IMG/VR virus record: IMGVR_UViG_3300043399_000700 | Origin: a virus | Taxonomy: Duplodnaviria; Heunggongvirae; Uroviricota; Caudoviricetes | Reading direction: 5' to 3' (one strand) | DNA length: 64,000 nt | Shown: positions 19,190-28,985 of the stretch, piece by piece | Position numbering within the stretch: position 1 is the stretch's first letter | Layout: the number at the start of each line of letters is the position of its first letter | The notes under the pieces: model-generated | The model's input: the letters and a program-made list of their open reading frames with translations, nothing else | The model's database searches: none | What the model was told of the DNA's origin: nothing | Translations under genes and position numbers: made by a program

Positions 19190-20761
19190 ATGTCAAAATC
19201 ACTTGAAGGCGTTTTAATTAAACAACCGCACCGTTCGTTTCACTACACGGACGAGCAAATACAAGAATTTGCTTTGTGTGCGGATCCTGTTACCGGTCCA
19301 CGATATTTCATGGACAATTTCTTTTATATACAGCATCCTCTTAGAGGCAAGATGCAGTACCATCCCTATGAATTTCAGGATAGGCTAATAGAAACATATC
19401 ATAATTATAGATTCTCTATAAGCATGATGCCAAGACAAACGGGCAAATCTACATCGGCTGCTGGGTACTTACTTTGGTATGGAATGTTTGTACCCGATTC
19501 GACTATTTTGGTTGCGGCACACAAATATTTAGGTGCACAGGAAATTATGCAGCGTATTCGTTATGCTTATGAAGCATGCCCGGACCATATTCGAGCAGGT
19601 GTTGTAAGTTATAACAAAGGATCAATTGATTTCGACAACGGGTCACGTATTGTTAGCCAAACAACCACAGAAAATACCGGCCGGGGTATGTCTATTTCAC
19701 TATTATACTGTGACGAGTTTGCGTTTGTGCGTCCGAACATTGCCACAGAATTTTGGACATCAATTACGCCTACACTAGCAACTGGTGGTAAGGCAATTAT
19801 TACATCCACTCCTAACTCCGACGAAGACCAATTTGCATTAATTTGGAAAAGTGCGTTAAAGTGTGAAGATGAATTTGGTAATCCAACTGAGGTTGGAGTC
19901 AATGGATTTAAAGCATATCGTAGTTTTTGGAAAGAGCACCCAGACCGCGATGAACAATGGGCAACACAGCAACGTGCTATTCTGGGTGAAGAACGTTTTC
20001 GTCGAGAAATGGACTGCGAGTTCATTATTAACGACGAAACACTGATTGCTCCTACTAAACTTATTGACTTATTTCCAACTGAACCACTATACAAAACAGG
20101 ACAAGTGCGTTGGTTTAAAAGGCCAGAGCCTAACAAGTTCTACACAGTTGCTCTAGACCCGAGTTTGGGCACTGGCGGTGACGCTGCTGCTATACAAGTA
20201 TTTGAAGCCAACACCACAATTCAAGTTGCAGAATGGCGTCATAACCGTACTACCATTCCCGAGCAGATCCGCATCCTTGCTGATATTTGCCGACATATCA
20301 ACGACACGGTTAAAGATTCAAAGAGCATTTACTATTCCGTGGAAAACAATACAATTGGCGAAGCAGCACTGATTTCTATTGCTGAATACGGTGAAGAAAA
20401 TATCCAAGGATATTTTTTAAGTGACAACTCAGTAGTTAGTTCCGGCGGCAAACGATATCGTAAGGGATTTAACACTACAAACAAGTCTAAACTTGCTGCG
20501 TGTGCTAAACTTAAAAATCTAATCGAAACTAATCGTATGCAGATTAACAGTCAAAGTTTAATCTCGGAACTCAAGGGCTTCGTAGCAATGGGTACAAGTT
20601 ATGCTGCCAAACCCGGCGAAACTGACGATTTAGTAATGGCCACAGTACTAACAGTTCGTATGCTACAAATACTACAAACTTACCACCAAGAATTAGATAG
20701 CCAAATCAAAGATCACAATGATATTACAATCGAGCCAATGCCGTTTGTAGCAATATTCTAA
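19190..20761 (+). CDS. Terminase large subunit (gp17-like)
   Basis: Walker A-like MMPRQTGKSTSAAGY and Walker B LLYCDEF. 523 aa with a C-terminal nuclease-sized domain. Confidence 0.75.
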   Translation: MSKSLEGVLIKQPHRSFHYTDEQIQEFALCADPVTGPRYFMDNFFYIQHPLRGKMQYHPYEFQDRLIETYHNYRFSISMMPRQTGKSTSAAGYLLWYGMFVPDSTILVAAHKYLGAQEIMQRIRYAYEACPDHIRAGVVSYNKGSIDFDNGSRIVSQTTTENTGRGMSISLLYCDEFAFVRPNIATEFWTSITPTLATGGKAIITSTPNSDEDQFALIWKSALKCEDEFGNPTEVGVNGFKAYRSFWKEHPDRDEQWATQQRAILGEERFRREMDCEFIINDETLIAPTKLIDLFPTEPLYKTGQVRWFKRPEPNKFYTVALDPSLGTGGDAAAIQVFEANTTIQVAEWRHNRTTIPEQIRILADICRHINDTVKDSKSIYYSVENNTIGEAALISIAEYGEENIQGYFLSDNSVVSSGGKRYRKGFNTTNKSKLAACAKLKNLIETNRMQINSQSLISELKGFVAMGTSYAAKPGETDDLVMATVLTVRMLQILQTYHQELDSQIKDHNDITIEPMPFVAIF

Positions 20762-20774
20762 TAAATACTATACT

Positions 20775-22097
20775 ATGAGCACAAATAACAACGACGCACA
20801 ACAACTATATGACCTACTGGTTGCCAAAGATTTTGAGCCAGAAACCCTAGATAAAACAGGTAAGCCTACTACAGATCCTGGCTCGTCTGATATCTTTAGT
20901 TTTGACTATAAAACTGCGAACCAGGACTATGGTACTGTTGTTATCGTGCTTGACAACGAACAAAATCTTGAAGTTTACTTTGGCGACAACCTTGGCAAGA
21001 CCATGGAAGAAGCAGACCGCAAAGAATGGTATGACTTCTTGTACCAATTGCGTATGTTTGCCAAGCGCAATCTATTAACTTTTAGTCTAAATAATTTAGC
21101 ACGCCTAAAGTTTAACATGAAGACCATGGCTGCTCTTAAAGAAAGCCGTTTGTTCGAAGGCTATTACGGCACCCGTAAAACAAGTTACTCAGATCAACCT
21201 AAGAAAACCAAGATTGTTATCAAACACAACCGCCCACTGGGTGAAGGCGAAGCACGTTTCCGTCATATTGAGAGTGTGTTTGTTGAAACATCTGAAGGTG
21301 AACGTTTTAAACTACCATTTACCAAACTAGTTGGAGCCAAAGCAATGGCACGCCATGTAAGCGAAGGTGGCACACCATACGATGCTTTTGGCCAGCACAT
21401 TGCCGAAATGGTCAACGAAATGAATACTCTTAGCAGTTTCATTCGTGCTGCTAAACACAAGAACTACGACGGTGAGGCAGCGCACATGTTAGATTCGGCA
21501 GTACGCCATTATGCTGATCTAAAGCGTAAAGCCAAACACATGATTAGCCAACGCGGCTATCGTCAAACTCTAGATGAGTTTGATCCAGCAACAATTACGC
21601 CTGCCGACGAAGCAGTTGAAACCATTCGTAGTTTGTTTACACAACAAAGCCTCGATCCACGTATTGAAGGTGCACTACCTATTTTGGTTAAGATTCAAAA
21701 GACCGAACCCGCTGATGAATTTGAATCATGGGCCGAACGTGTAACCGAAGGTACCTGGGCATTACCTGACAACAAGGAAGCACAAGTTGAGTTAAACAGA
21801 TTAATGTCACAGCCTGTAGCAGTGGGTCCAGATGCAACCAACGCCACTGAATTGTTATATGATATTGTTGGCGATGACAAGTTATTTGATATCTTAGGTG
21901 CTCTTGCTGACCAAGATCCAGATGCTAATATTTGGGATAATGCAGCCGTTGTTAATCGATTAAAAGAACTAGGTATTGATACTAGCGTAATTACTAACCC
22001 ACAACAAGCTGAACCTAATCTAACCGAACCAAACGAACCTCCAGTTATGGAATCTGATGAGTTAGACTTTATACGCACTTTAGCAAATATTAAATGA
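20775..22097 (+). CDS. Hypothetical protein (possibly portal, by position after the terminase gene)
   Basis: 440-aa ORF immediately downstream of the terminase gene. No diagnostic motif recognised. Confidence 0.3.
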   Translation: MSTNNNDAQQLYDLLVAKDFEPETLDKTGKPTTDPGSSDIFSFDYKTANQDYGTVVIVLDNEQNLEVYFGDNLGKTMEEADRKEWYDFLYQLRMFAKRNLLTFSLNNLARLKFNMKTMAALKESRLFEGYYGTRKTSYSDQPKKTKIVIKHNRPLGEGEARFRHIESVFVETSEGERFKLPFTKLVGAKAMARHVSEGGTPYDAFGQHIAEMVNEMNTLSSFIRAAKHKNYDGEAAHMLDSAVRHYADLKRKAKHMISQRGYRQTLDEFDPATITPADEAVETIRSLFTQQSLDPRIEGALPILVKIQKTEPADEFESWAERVTEGTWALPDNKEAQVELNRLMSQPVAVGPDATNATELLYDIVGDDKLFDILGALADQDPDANIWDNAAVVNRLKELGIDTSVITNPQQAEPNLTEPNEPPVMESDELDFIRTLANIK

Positions 22098-22654
22098 GCG
22101 TAGAGCAACTTAGTAACCAAGTTTGGCAAGTTACTGACTTCTTTTCAAAAGAACGTTTTCAGTATATCCGAGATTCCTATCGTAAAAGTCGCCAAGCATT
22201 TACAATGCAATATGACAATCGAATACTTACTCCTTGGTCTGATAGCCCAGAATTGCAGGCAGTAGTACAAGAAGAAACCGAACGTGTAAGTTCAATTGTA
22301 GGTCGAGCACTTGCACCACAAGTTGGTTACATAAGCATCGATCTTTCGGGCACAAGATTAATGATGCACCGATTGCACCCGGACATTTATGTGCAACTAA
22401 ACATTTGTATGGGGGACGCTGTAACATACGACATGGGGTATTCGTATTGTGTTGATGCAGACATTAACGAGAATTCGGAAATCGACTATACTCCCAAGCG
22501 GCCGATATACCCACATGATTGTGTAACTACACAATATGTTCCAAACCTAGCTAGCGTATATCTAAGCGAACCTCGTAGTTTTGTTGGCATGCTCAAACTC
22601 ATTCCACCAAATACCGTTCGCGAAGTTTTAGTACTAAGTTATACTCGCGCTTAA
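22094..22654 (+). CDS. Hypothetical protein
   Basis: 186-aa ORF. Confidence 0.45.
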   Translation: MSVEQLSNQVWQVTDFFSKERFQYIRDSYRKSRQAFTMQYDNRILTPWSDSPELQAVVQEETERVSSIVGRALAPQVGYISIDLSGTRLMMHRLHPDIYVQLNICMGDAVTYDMGYSYCVDADINENSEIDYTPKRPIYPHDCVTTQYVPNLASVYLSEPRSFVGMLKLIPPNTVREVLVLSYTRA

Positions 22655-22681
22655 ACGGCAAACAAAATCTCCTAAAGTCTA

Positions 22682-22709
22682 TTGACACGCTAAATATCTA
22701 TGCTACACT
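22682..22709 (+). promoter_or_regulatory. Putative sigma70 promoter upstream of the gp32 gene: TTGACA, 16-nt spacer, TGCTACACT
   Basis: TTGACA 22682-22687 and TACACT 22704-22709 with a TG extension, in a 125-bp intergenic gap. The leader is about 70 nt. Confidence 0.4.
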
Positions 22710-22780
22710 ATGTTCATGGTGCTAGCATTTAGGCATATTTTTAGGCACTACAACTAAGACCATCTTAAGGAGAAAACATT

Positions 22781-23785
22781 ATGGCATCTTTAGCAGAAAT
22801 CCGCGCACGTCTACAAGCCGCAGAGACCAAGCAAGGCGGAAACCAATACAGCGGCGATAACGCAATTTACCCACACTGGAACATTAACGAAGGCGATAAC
22901 GTTACCATTCGTTTCCTTCCTGATGGGGATTCAAAGAATACATTTTTCTGGGTTGAACGAGCAATGATCAAATTGCCATTCAACGGCATCAAGGGAGAAA
23001 TGGATAGTAAGCAAGTTACTGTTCAGGTTCCTTGTGTTGAAATGTGGGGCGAAGCTTGTCCAATCCTAGCCGAAGTTCGCACTTGGTTCAAAGACAAGTC
23101 GCTAGAAGATATGGGTCGTAAGTACTGGAAAAAGCGTAGCTACCTAATGCAAGGTTTTGTACGCGAAAACCCACTAAACGAAGATAAAACCCCAGAAAAC
23201 CCAATCCGTCGTTTTATTATTAGTCCACAGGTATTCCAAATCATCAAGTCTAGCCTAATGGATCCAGAACTTGAAGAACTACCAACTGACTATATGCGTG
23301 GTCTAGATTTCCGTATTAGTAAGACATCAAAGGGTGGTTATGCTGACTACTCAACTTCCAAGTGGGCTCGCAAGGAATCAGCATTAACAGAAGCCGAAGC
23401 CGCAGCAATCGAAGCGCATGGTTTGTTCAACTTAGCAGACTTCCTACCTAAGAAGCCAACTGACGTTGAACTAAAGGTAATGAAGGAAATGTTTGAAGCA
23501 TCAGTTGATGGCATGCCATATGATGCAGAACGTTGGGGACAATACTATCGTCCCGCAGGTGTAGCAGCACCAGCAGGCGCCGCCGCCGCAACCGAATCAG
23601 CACCAAAGGCAGCACCAGCAGCAGCACCAGCGTCTGCCCCAGCAGCAAGTTCGTTTGACGACGATGTTCCTTTTGAACCAGATGCTCCTGCCGAAGCCGC
23701 AGCACCAGTAGAAGCACCAAAGGCATCGGGTCAAAATGCTCAAGATATCTTGGCAATGATTCGCAGCCGTCAAAACAAGCAATAA
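22781..23785 (+). CDS. ssDNA-binding protein (T4 gp32 family)
   Basis: GDNVTIRFLPDGDSKN matches gp32 GQAVIRFLPSKNDE. Cys/His Zn site (VPCVEMWGEACP). Ala/Pro-rich linker and acidic C-terminal tail (SSFDDDVPFEPDAP). Confidence 0.85.
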   Translation: MASLAEIRARLQAAETKQGGNQYSGDNAIYPHWNINEGDNVTIRFLPDGDSKNTFFWVERAMIKLPFNGIKGEMDSKQVTVQVPCVEMWGEACPILAEVRTWFKDKSLEDMGRKYWKKRSYLMQGFVRENPLNEDKTPENPIRRFIISPQVFQIIKSSLMDPELEELPTDYMRGLDFRISKTSKGGYADYSTSKWARKESALTEAEAAAIEAHGLFNLADFLPKKPTDVELKVMKEMFEASVDGMPYDAERWGQYYRPAGVAAPAGAAAATESAPKAAPAAAPASAPAASSFDDDVPFEPDAPAEAAAPVEAPKASGQNAQDILAMIRSRQNKQ

Positions 23786-23824
23786 TAAGTATGGAGGGTA
23801 TGCAAAGCGTATCCTCCAATTATT

Positions 23825-24637
23825 ATGAATGTAAAAATTACGTTTGACACTGGGTTTGAGTTAACAGTTAAATTACTCGATAATGCGTTTGTTGATCGCT
23901 GGTCAAAATTGCTAGCAACTGAGCTTGAACGAAATAGTTTGCTACAAGATGACACTTATTCGTATTTTAATACACAAGAACAAGCACAACAAAAGTTAAA
24001 AGAAGCAATTGTAACTGTTAATGGATTCTTAAAAACAGAATTCATAGCACTACCTACTGCACTGGATTTTGCCAATCCTGAGTTCTATAACGAACTTCAC
24101 GTTCAATTTGAAAGATTGGCCGGCCCGGATTGGGATAAGCCCACAAGGTTGATGATAATAGCTCCTGAGCATGTTAAGCTAGCAGTAAGACATATCAATC
24201 GTTATTGCCATCGACTAGAAATACAACCATACAAGGTTGAACCTTTGATGCGTGTAGAATTTAATACCATCGAACGTACATTGCTTGAACCCGAAGACTA
24301 CGAGTTATTTGACGATTACTATAATAAAACTGACATTGTTTTGCTCGACTACTCAACACTAGGAAAATCCTTGTTTGAATGTTATCAAGACAACTTAACC
24401 CCAGACTATGCAGGTTTGAAAATACAAAAACACTATTCTTCAAATTTTATTTTGAAGTTTGGCGAATCAACTTATTTGCGTCCTATAGATGGTTACAAAG
24501 ATTGGTTAAGTTCTCACAACCTAACAAATCTACCAAAGTCGGCTTTTGGGCACATTAAACTCGGTGAAATTGTAGAGAAGAATTCGTTGCAGTCGGTTCA
24601 AGAAACTGCTAAAATACTAAACATTAGATTGGAGTAA
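23825..24637 (+). CDS. Hypothetical protein
   Basis: 270-aa ORF. Confidence 0.5.
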   Translation: MNVKITFDTGFELTVKLLDNAFVDRWSKLLATELERNSLLQDDTYSYFNTQEQAQQKLKEAIVTVNGFLKTEFIALPTALDFANPEFYNELHVQFERLAGPDWDKPTRLMIIAPEHVKLAVRHINRYCHRLEIQPYKVEPLMRVEFNTIERTLLEPEDYELFDDYYNKTDIVLLDYSTLGKSLFECYQDNLTPDYAGLKIQKHYSSNFILKFGESTYLRPIDGYKDWLSSHNLTNLPKSAFGHIKLGEIVEKNSLQSVQETAKILNIRLE

Positions 24638-24640
24638 ATC

Positions 24641-25705
24641 ATGGCTAAACCATTTGACGTAAGCAAGTTTAGAAAAGAAATTACCAAGTCAATTGACGGA
24701 CTGTCGATTGGTTTTAACGATCCAACAGACTGGATCTCAACAGGCAACTATGCCCTTAACTATTTGATCAGCGGCGATTTTCACAAAGGTATTCCGTTGG
24801 GCAAGGTAACTGTATTTGCTGGAGACTCGGGTGCAGGTAAGTCTTATATCTGCTCAGGTAATATTGTTAAACATGCACAAGAACAAGGCATCTTTGTTGT
24901 GCTAATCGATACAGAAAACGCACTCGACGAAGATTGGCTAAAAGCACTAGGTGTTGATACCAGCGAAAGCAAATTGCTTAAACTGTCAATGGCAATGATC
25001 GATGACGTTGCAAAAACAATCTCAACATTTATGTCGGACTACAAAGCATTGCCCGAAGGCGAACGTCCTAAGGTTATGTTTGTTATCGACTCTCTAGGTA
25101 TGTTACTAACGCCCACAGATGTTAATCAATTTGACGCAGGTGAAATGAAGGGCGACTTAGGTCGTAAGCCTAAAGCACTAACAGCACTAGTTCGTAACTG
25201 TGTTAATATGTTTGGTTCGTATAACGTGGGCATGGTAGTTACCAACCACACATACGCATCGCAAGACATGTTTGATCCAGACGACAAGATCTCAGGCGGC
25301 CAAGGTTTTATCTACGCATCAAGTATTGTTGTTGCTATGAAGAAACTAAAACTCAAAGAAGATGAGGATGGTAACAAAGTATCGGACGTCATGGGTATTC
25401 GTGCAGCATGTAAAGTAATGAAAACACGTTATGCTAAACCGTTTGAAGGTGTGCAAGTTAAAATTCCATATGAAACAGGTATGAATCCTTACTCGGGTCT
25501 GACTGATCTTGCTGAAAAGAAAGGCCTACTCAAGAAGGACGGTAACCGATTGATGTTTATTACATCCGACGGTGAGATTATCAAGCAGTTCCGCAAGGCC
25601 TGGGAATCAAATGAAGATGGTTGCTTGGACAAGGTAATGGCTGATTTTAAAAATCAGAAAGAAACGGTAAGTACTGCTGAATCAGAATCAGAAACAGAGG
25701 AGTGA
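24641..25705 (+). CDS. uvsX: UvsX/RecA-family recombinase
   Basis: GKVTVFAGDSGAGKSYI Walker A in a RecA/UvsX-like context. 354 aa. Confidence 0.85.
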   Translation: MAKPFDVSKFRKEITKSIDGLSIGFNDPTDWISTGNYALNYLISGDFHKGIPLGKVTVFAGDSGAGKSYICSGNIVKHAQEQGIFVVLIDTENALDEDWLKALGVDTSESKLLKLSMAMIDDVAKTISTFMSDYKALPEGERPKVMFVIDSLGMLLTPTDVNQFDAGEMKGDLGRKPKALTALVRNCVNMFGSYNVGMVVTNHTYASQDMFDPDDKISGGQGFIYASSIVVAMKKLKLKEDEDGNKVSDVMGIRAACKVMKTRYAKPFEGVQVKIPYETGMNPYSGLTDLAEKKGLLKKDGNRLMFITSDGEIIKQFRKAWESNEDGCLDKVMADFKNQKETVSTAESESETEE

Positions 25706-25709
25706 TACT

Positions 25710-25964
25710 ATGACTGTTGATTTAGCAAGTGTAATTTGGTCTGAAGTAAAATCGTTTATTCCGTCAATTGACCGCCAAGAAGCAGCAGAGATTGTTGTAA
25801 GCGTATTGGTTGATCACGATGTTGACATCGAAGACATCCGTCAAGAGTTCAAAGGTGATTCAGACATTAAAAAGGCCTTAGCTCAGTATGTTAAGGATCA
25901 TGAAGAAGATGAAGAAGATGACGACGATGATTACTACGATGAGGACGAAGACGAGGACTACTAA
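25710..25964 (+). CDS. Small protein with an extreme poly-acidic C-terminus
   Basis: Ends HEEDEEDDDDDYYDEDEDEDY. Confidence 0.5.
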   Translation: MTVDLASVIWSEVKSFIPSIDRQEAAEIVVSVLVDHDVDIEDIRQEFKGDSDIKKALAQYVKDHEEDEEDDDDDYYDEDEDEDY

Positions 25965-26416
25965 TGTGGTATAGTCGAGTAGTAGCTAATATCGGTGCAA
26001 TTCCAGATTTTATTGCACACTATGAACACGAACTCAACGGCGCTAAAAATGAATGCCGTATTGGTGGGTTTGTAGAGCGTAATATCAAGGAATTGCCCGG
26101 TATCACCGAGCACAGATTTAATCAGCTTCAAGAGATTGAAGCTGTGCTCAATTATCTTAATATTCAATTGCGTAAGATACGCCGTAAGCATTTTCAAAAG
26201 TATCTTGAGAACTACGCACGAGCACTGACTAGCCGAGATGCTGAAAAGTATGTTGATGGCGAAGATGAAGTCATTGACTTTGAAACAATTATTAACGAAG
26301 TGGCATTGTTGCGCAATAAATGGCTAGGCATTATGAAGGGCCTTGATGCCAAACAATGGCAAATGGGACATATTGTTAGATTACGTACAGCAGGAATGGA
26401 AGATATACAAGTATGA
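25964..26416 (+). CDS. Hypothetical protein
   Basis: 150-aa ORF with a TAATG overlap. Confidence 0.45.
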   Translation: MWYSRVVANIGAIPDFIAHYEHELNGAKNECRIGGFVERNIKELPGITEHRFNQLQEIEAVLNYLNIQLRKIRRKHFQKYLENYARALTSRDAEKYVDGEDEVIDFETIINEVALLRNKWLGIMKGLDAKQWQMGHIVRLRTAGMEDIQV

Positions 26417-27435
26417 CGTATCGCATTGCATTCCATGAGGGAGTGCTGTGGTACTCTGCTTGGCTCGATATAAATTCTGGAATACTTAGGTCGCCTGGTA
26501 TTGGCGAAATAGTCATTAATGATCTAAGCAATGACAATATTAGTGTTAGCGATGTGTCTAATTATCGTTGGTTCGTTGATCTCAAACCCGAAGGAATCAG
26601 CGCAGAAGATTTAAAATACTTGCATGAGTTTCTAACATCGCATGGGTTAGATTCTAATAACTTTCGTGTGGCTTTTAGTTGTGTTGAAGATGTAACTAAA
26701 TTGCCATACCCTGCAATCACTATTACAAATAGACTAATCCACAACGGCAATTGGCTCGAAAATCTACAAGCTCAAAATATACATTGGCGAGAGTTGCCAA
26801 TGACTCATAAGTTTGTGTGTCTAATGCGTAGACCTAGTATCGGCCGCGCACATTTAACCAAAAGGCTACACGCTAATTTTGCCAAGGAAGATATGATTCT
26901 AACATTTGGTACCAGCGGCAGTCGCACAAGTCAAGAAATAGAAAATGTGGTAAAACCGCATTCAGTTCCGATTGTTGTTGACCAACCTGACGTTGATAGA
27001 GTAACTCAACATCGGATATCTCACGATTTGTTTTATCGTGCACCAGTAAACTTGATTGTTGAAAGTTCTAGTCAGATTGATCCTGGTGTATGGCGCAGCA
27101 TATTTGTAACAGAAAAGTCATTTAAAGCATTAGCATGGTATCAATTTCCATTATGGTATGCTGTACCGGGTCTGGTTGCTGAAGTTCGCCGACAAGGGTA
27201 CGATGTATTTGATGATTTGTTTGAAAATCATTATTACGACAGCATACAAGATCCGTGGGTGCGAATGACTCAAGTTATATTATTACTCAAACGGGTAGTT
27301 AAGCAAGACCTAAATGTTCTACGAGAACAACTATGGGATAGATTAGAATCTAATGCCACTCGAATTGTAAATGTACACCACGAAACCAAAATAACACACG
27401 GCAATATGATTAATGAGTTATTGGCTCGCGAATAA
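26413..27435 (+). CDS. Hypothetical protein
   Basis: 340-aa ORF with an ATGA overlap. Confidence 0.45.
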   Translation: MTYRIAFHEGVLWYSAWLDINSGILRSPGIGEIVINDLSNDNISVSDVSNYRWFVDLKPEGISAEDLKYLHEFLTSHGLDSNNFRVAFSCVEDVTKLPYPAITITNRLIHNGNWLENLQAQNIHWRELPMTHKFVCLMRRPSIGRAHLTKRLHANFAKEDMILTFGTSGSRTSQEIENVVKPHSVPIVVDQPDVDRVTQHRISHDLFYRAPVNLIVESSSQIDPGVWRSIFVTEKSFKALAWYQFPLWYAVPGLVAEVRRQGYDVFDDLFENHYYDSIQDPWVRMTQVILLLKRVVKQDLNVLREQLWDRLESNATRIVNVHHETKITHGNMINELLARE

Positions 27436-27456
27436 TGTACGTAGATAAATATCCGC

Positions 27457-28221
27457 ATGAAAAAGATTGTTTTAGTAACCGGCGGATTTGATCCGATACA
27501 CTCAGGCCATTTGGCACTACTTAAAGCAGCACGTGATTTAGGTGATATCCTAGTAGTAGGAGCCAACTCAGATGATTGGCTAACTCGTAAAAAGGGCGCA
27601 CCATTTATGCCATTGCGAGAACGTACGGCTGTACTTCGTGCACTTGCTGGTGTAGATTTTGTTATTGATTTTAATGATTCGGACGGCAGCGCCAAGCATG
27701 CTATTTGGATGGTACGTCAGAGCTACCCTCAAGACAAGATTATTTTTGCCAACGGTGGCGACCGCACCAACGAAAACATTCCAGAAATGGACGTTGTCGA
27801 TGACAACCTAGAATTTCATTTTGGTGTCGGCGGCTTTGCCAAAACAAATAGCTCATCTTGGATTCTTCAAGAATGGAAAGCACCTAAAACAGAGCGTCCA
27901 TGGGGCTACTATCGTGTCCTGCACAATTTACCGGGAATTAAAGTCAAAGAACTAACCATTGATCCGGGTCAGCGGTTAAGCATGCAAAAGCACCAACATC
28001 GTAACGAGTTATGGTTAGTGTCTGAAGGTAAGTGCATTGTTGACAAATGCATGGACAGTGGATATATGATGCCGGGCACATCGCTAGATACACACACAAC
28101 AATTAAAATTCCAGCAGGCGAATGGCACCAATTAATTAATCCCTACGACACACCTTGTAAGATTGTGGAAATACAGTACGGCACCGAGTGTGAAGAAGAT
28201 GATATCGAACGCCGCGAATAA
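27457..28221 (+). CDS. Sugar-phosphate nucleotidyltransferase (cytidylyltransferase-like HIGH motif) fused to a C-terminal cupin domain
   Basis: N-terminus MKKIVLVTGGFDPIHSGHLALLKAA (HxGH nucleotidyltransferase, RfaE-II/TagD-like). C-terminus ELWLVSEGKCIVD...IKIPAGEWHQLINP is a cupin beta-barrel signature. Confidence 0.65.
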   Translation: MKKIVLVTGGFDPIHSGHLALLKAARDLGDILVVGANSDDWLTRKKGAPFMPLRERTAVLRALAGVDFVIDFNDSDGSAKHAIWMVRQSYPQDKIIFANGGDRTNENIPEMDVVDDNLEFHFGVGGFAKTNSSSWILQEWKAPKTERPWGYYRVLHNLPGIKVKELTIDPGQRLSMQKHQHRNELWLVSEGKCIVDKCMDSGYMMPGTSLDTHTTIKIPAGEWHQLINPYDTPCKIVEIQYGTECEEDDIERRE

Positions 28222-28229
28222 GGGTATAA

Positions 28230-28985
28230 GTGAAAGCGTTTGTAATATACCTTAAAGGTAAAGAACACAGCGAACGTCAAGCACATCAAATGCTTGACCA
28301 ATTGCAAGAGTGGAACATTGATGCAAGTTTGTTTCCCGGAACGCAAGGGGATGACGCAAGTTCGATGGCAAATAAAGGAAAGAAAACACTTTATCCTTTT
28401 AGTATTAAAAGCAAGGAACTAACAGATCTTGATTTACAAAAGTATATCAAGCCTGAACTGTACGAAACGTTCATTCAAAACCATCATTATATTATACACG
28501 AGAGACATCGAATCTCCGACGAAGATGTTGGAAAAATGTCAAGACCTGGGGTCATTGGTTGTTTTTATAGCCATTACCGGTTATGGGAAAAGTGTACAGA
28601 ACTCGACGAACCGATAATGATCTTTGAAGATGACGTTAAGTTTTATCGAAATTACTTGCCTGTTGAGTTTGAGGATGTTCTGATATTATCGCTGGGTAAA
28701 AAATCATTTAAAAACGAACCTTATAAGACTTATTTAGAGTCGCCCTGTGCACCGCCTCAGGCAGTTCCGTGGAAAAATGCTAGCATGCCGGGCACATCGG
28801 GGTACGCAATTACACCTCGGGCTGCATCGGGATTAGTAAAAACTTATCGATATTATTGGTGCCCGTCGGACAATGCGATTAATCAGTTTGTATGTAAGAT
28901 ACAAATACATAATCATCTAATGGGAAGACACACATTGCCAAACGAAGGTAACATTTCAATGACTAAATCAAAGGATTGGGATTGA
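28230..28985 (+). CDS. Glycosyltransferase family 25-like protein (GTG start)
   Basis: MKAFVIYLKGKEHSERQAHQ resembles the GT25 N-terminus (MK-YVINL-R--DRR). Size is about 250 aa. Confidence 0.45.
   Translation: MKAFVIYLKGKEHSERQAHQMLDQLQEWNIDASLFPGTQGDDASSMANKGKKTLYPFSIKSKELTDLDLQKYIKPELYETFIQNHHYIIHERHRISDEDVGKMSRPGVIGCFYSHYRLWEKCTELDEPIMIFEDDVKFYRNYLPVEFEDVLILSLGKKSFKNEPYKTYLESPCAPPQAVPWKNASMPGTSGYAITPRAASGLVKTYRYYWCPSDNAINQFVCKIQIHNHLMGRHTLPNEGNISMTKSKDWD

Noticed and set aside
23448-23819. Minus-strand ORFs of 123 and 61 aa overlapping the 3' end of the gp32 gene
   Set aside because: They arise from reverse reading of the Ala/Pro-rich GC-biased linker of gp32. The Leu/Arg/Cys/Trp-rich product has no ribosome-binding site.
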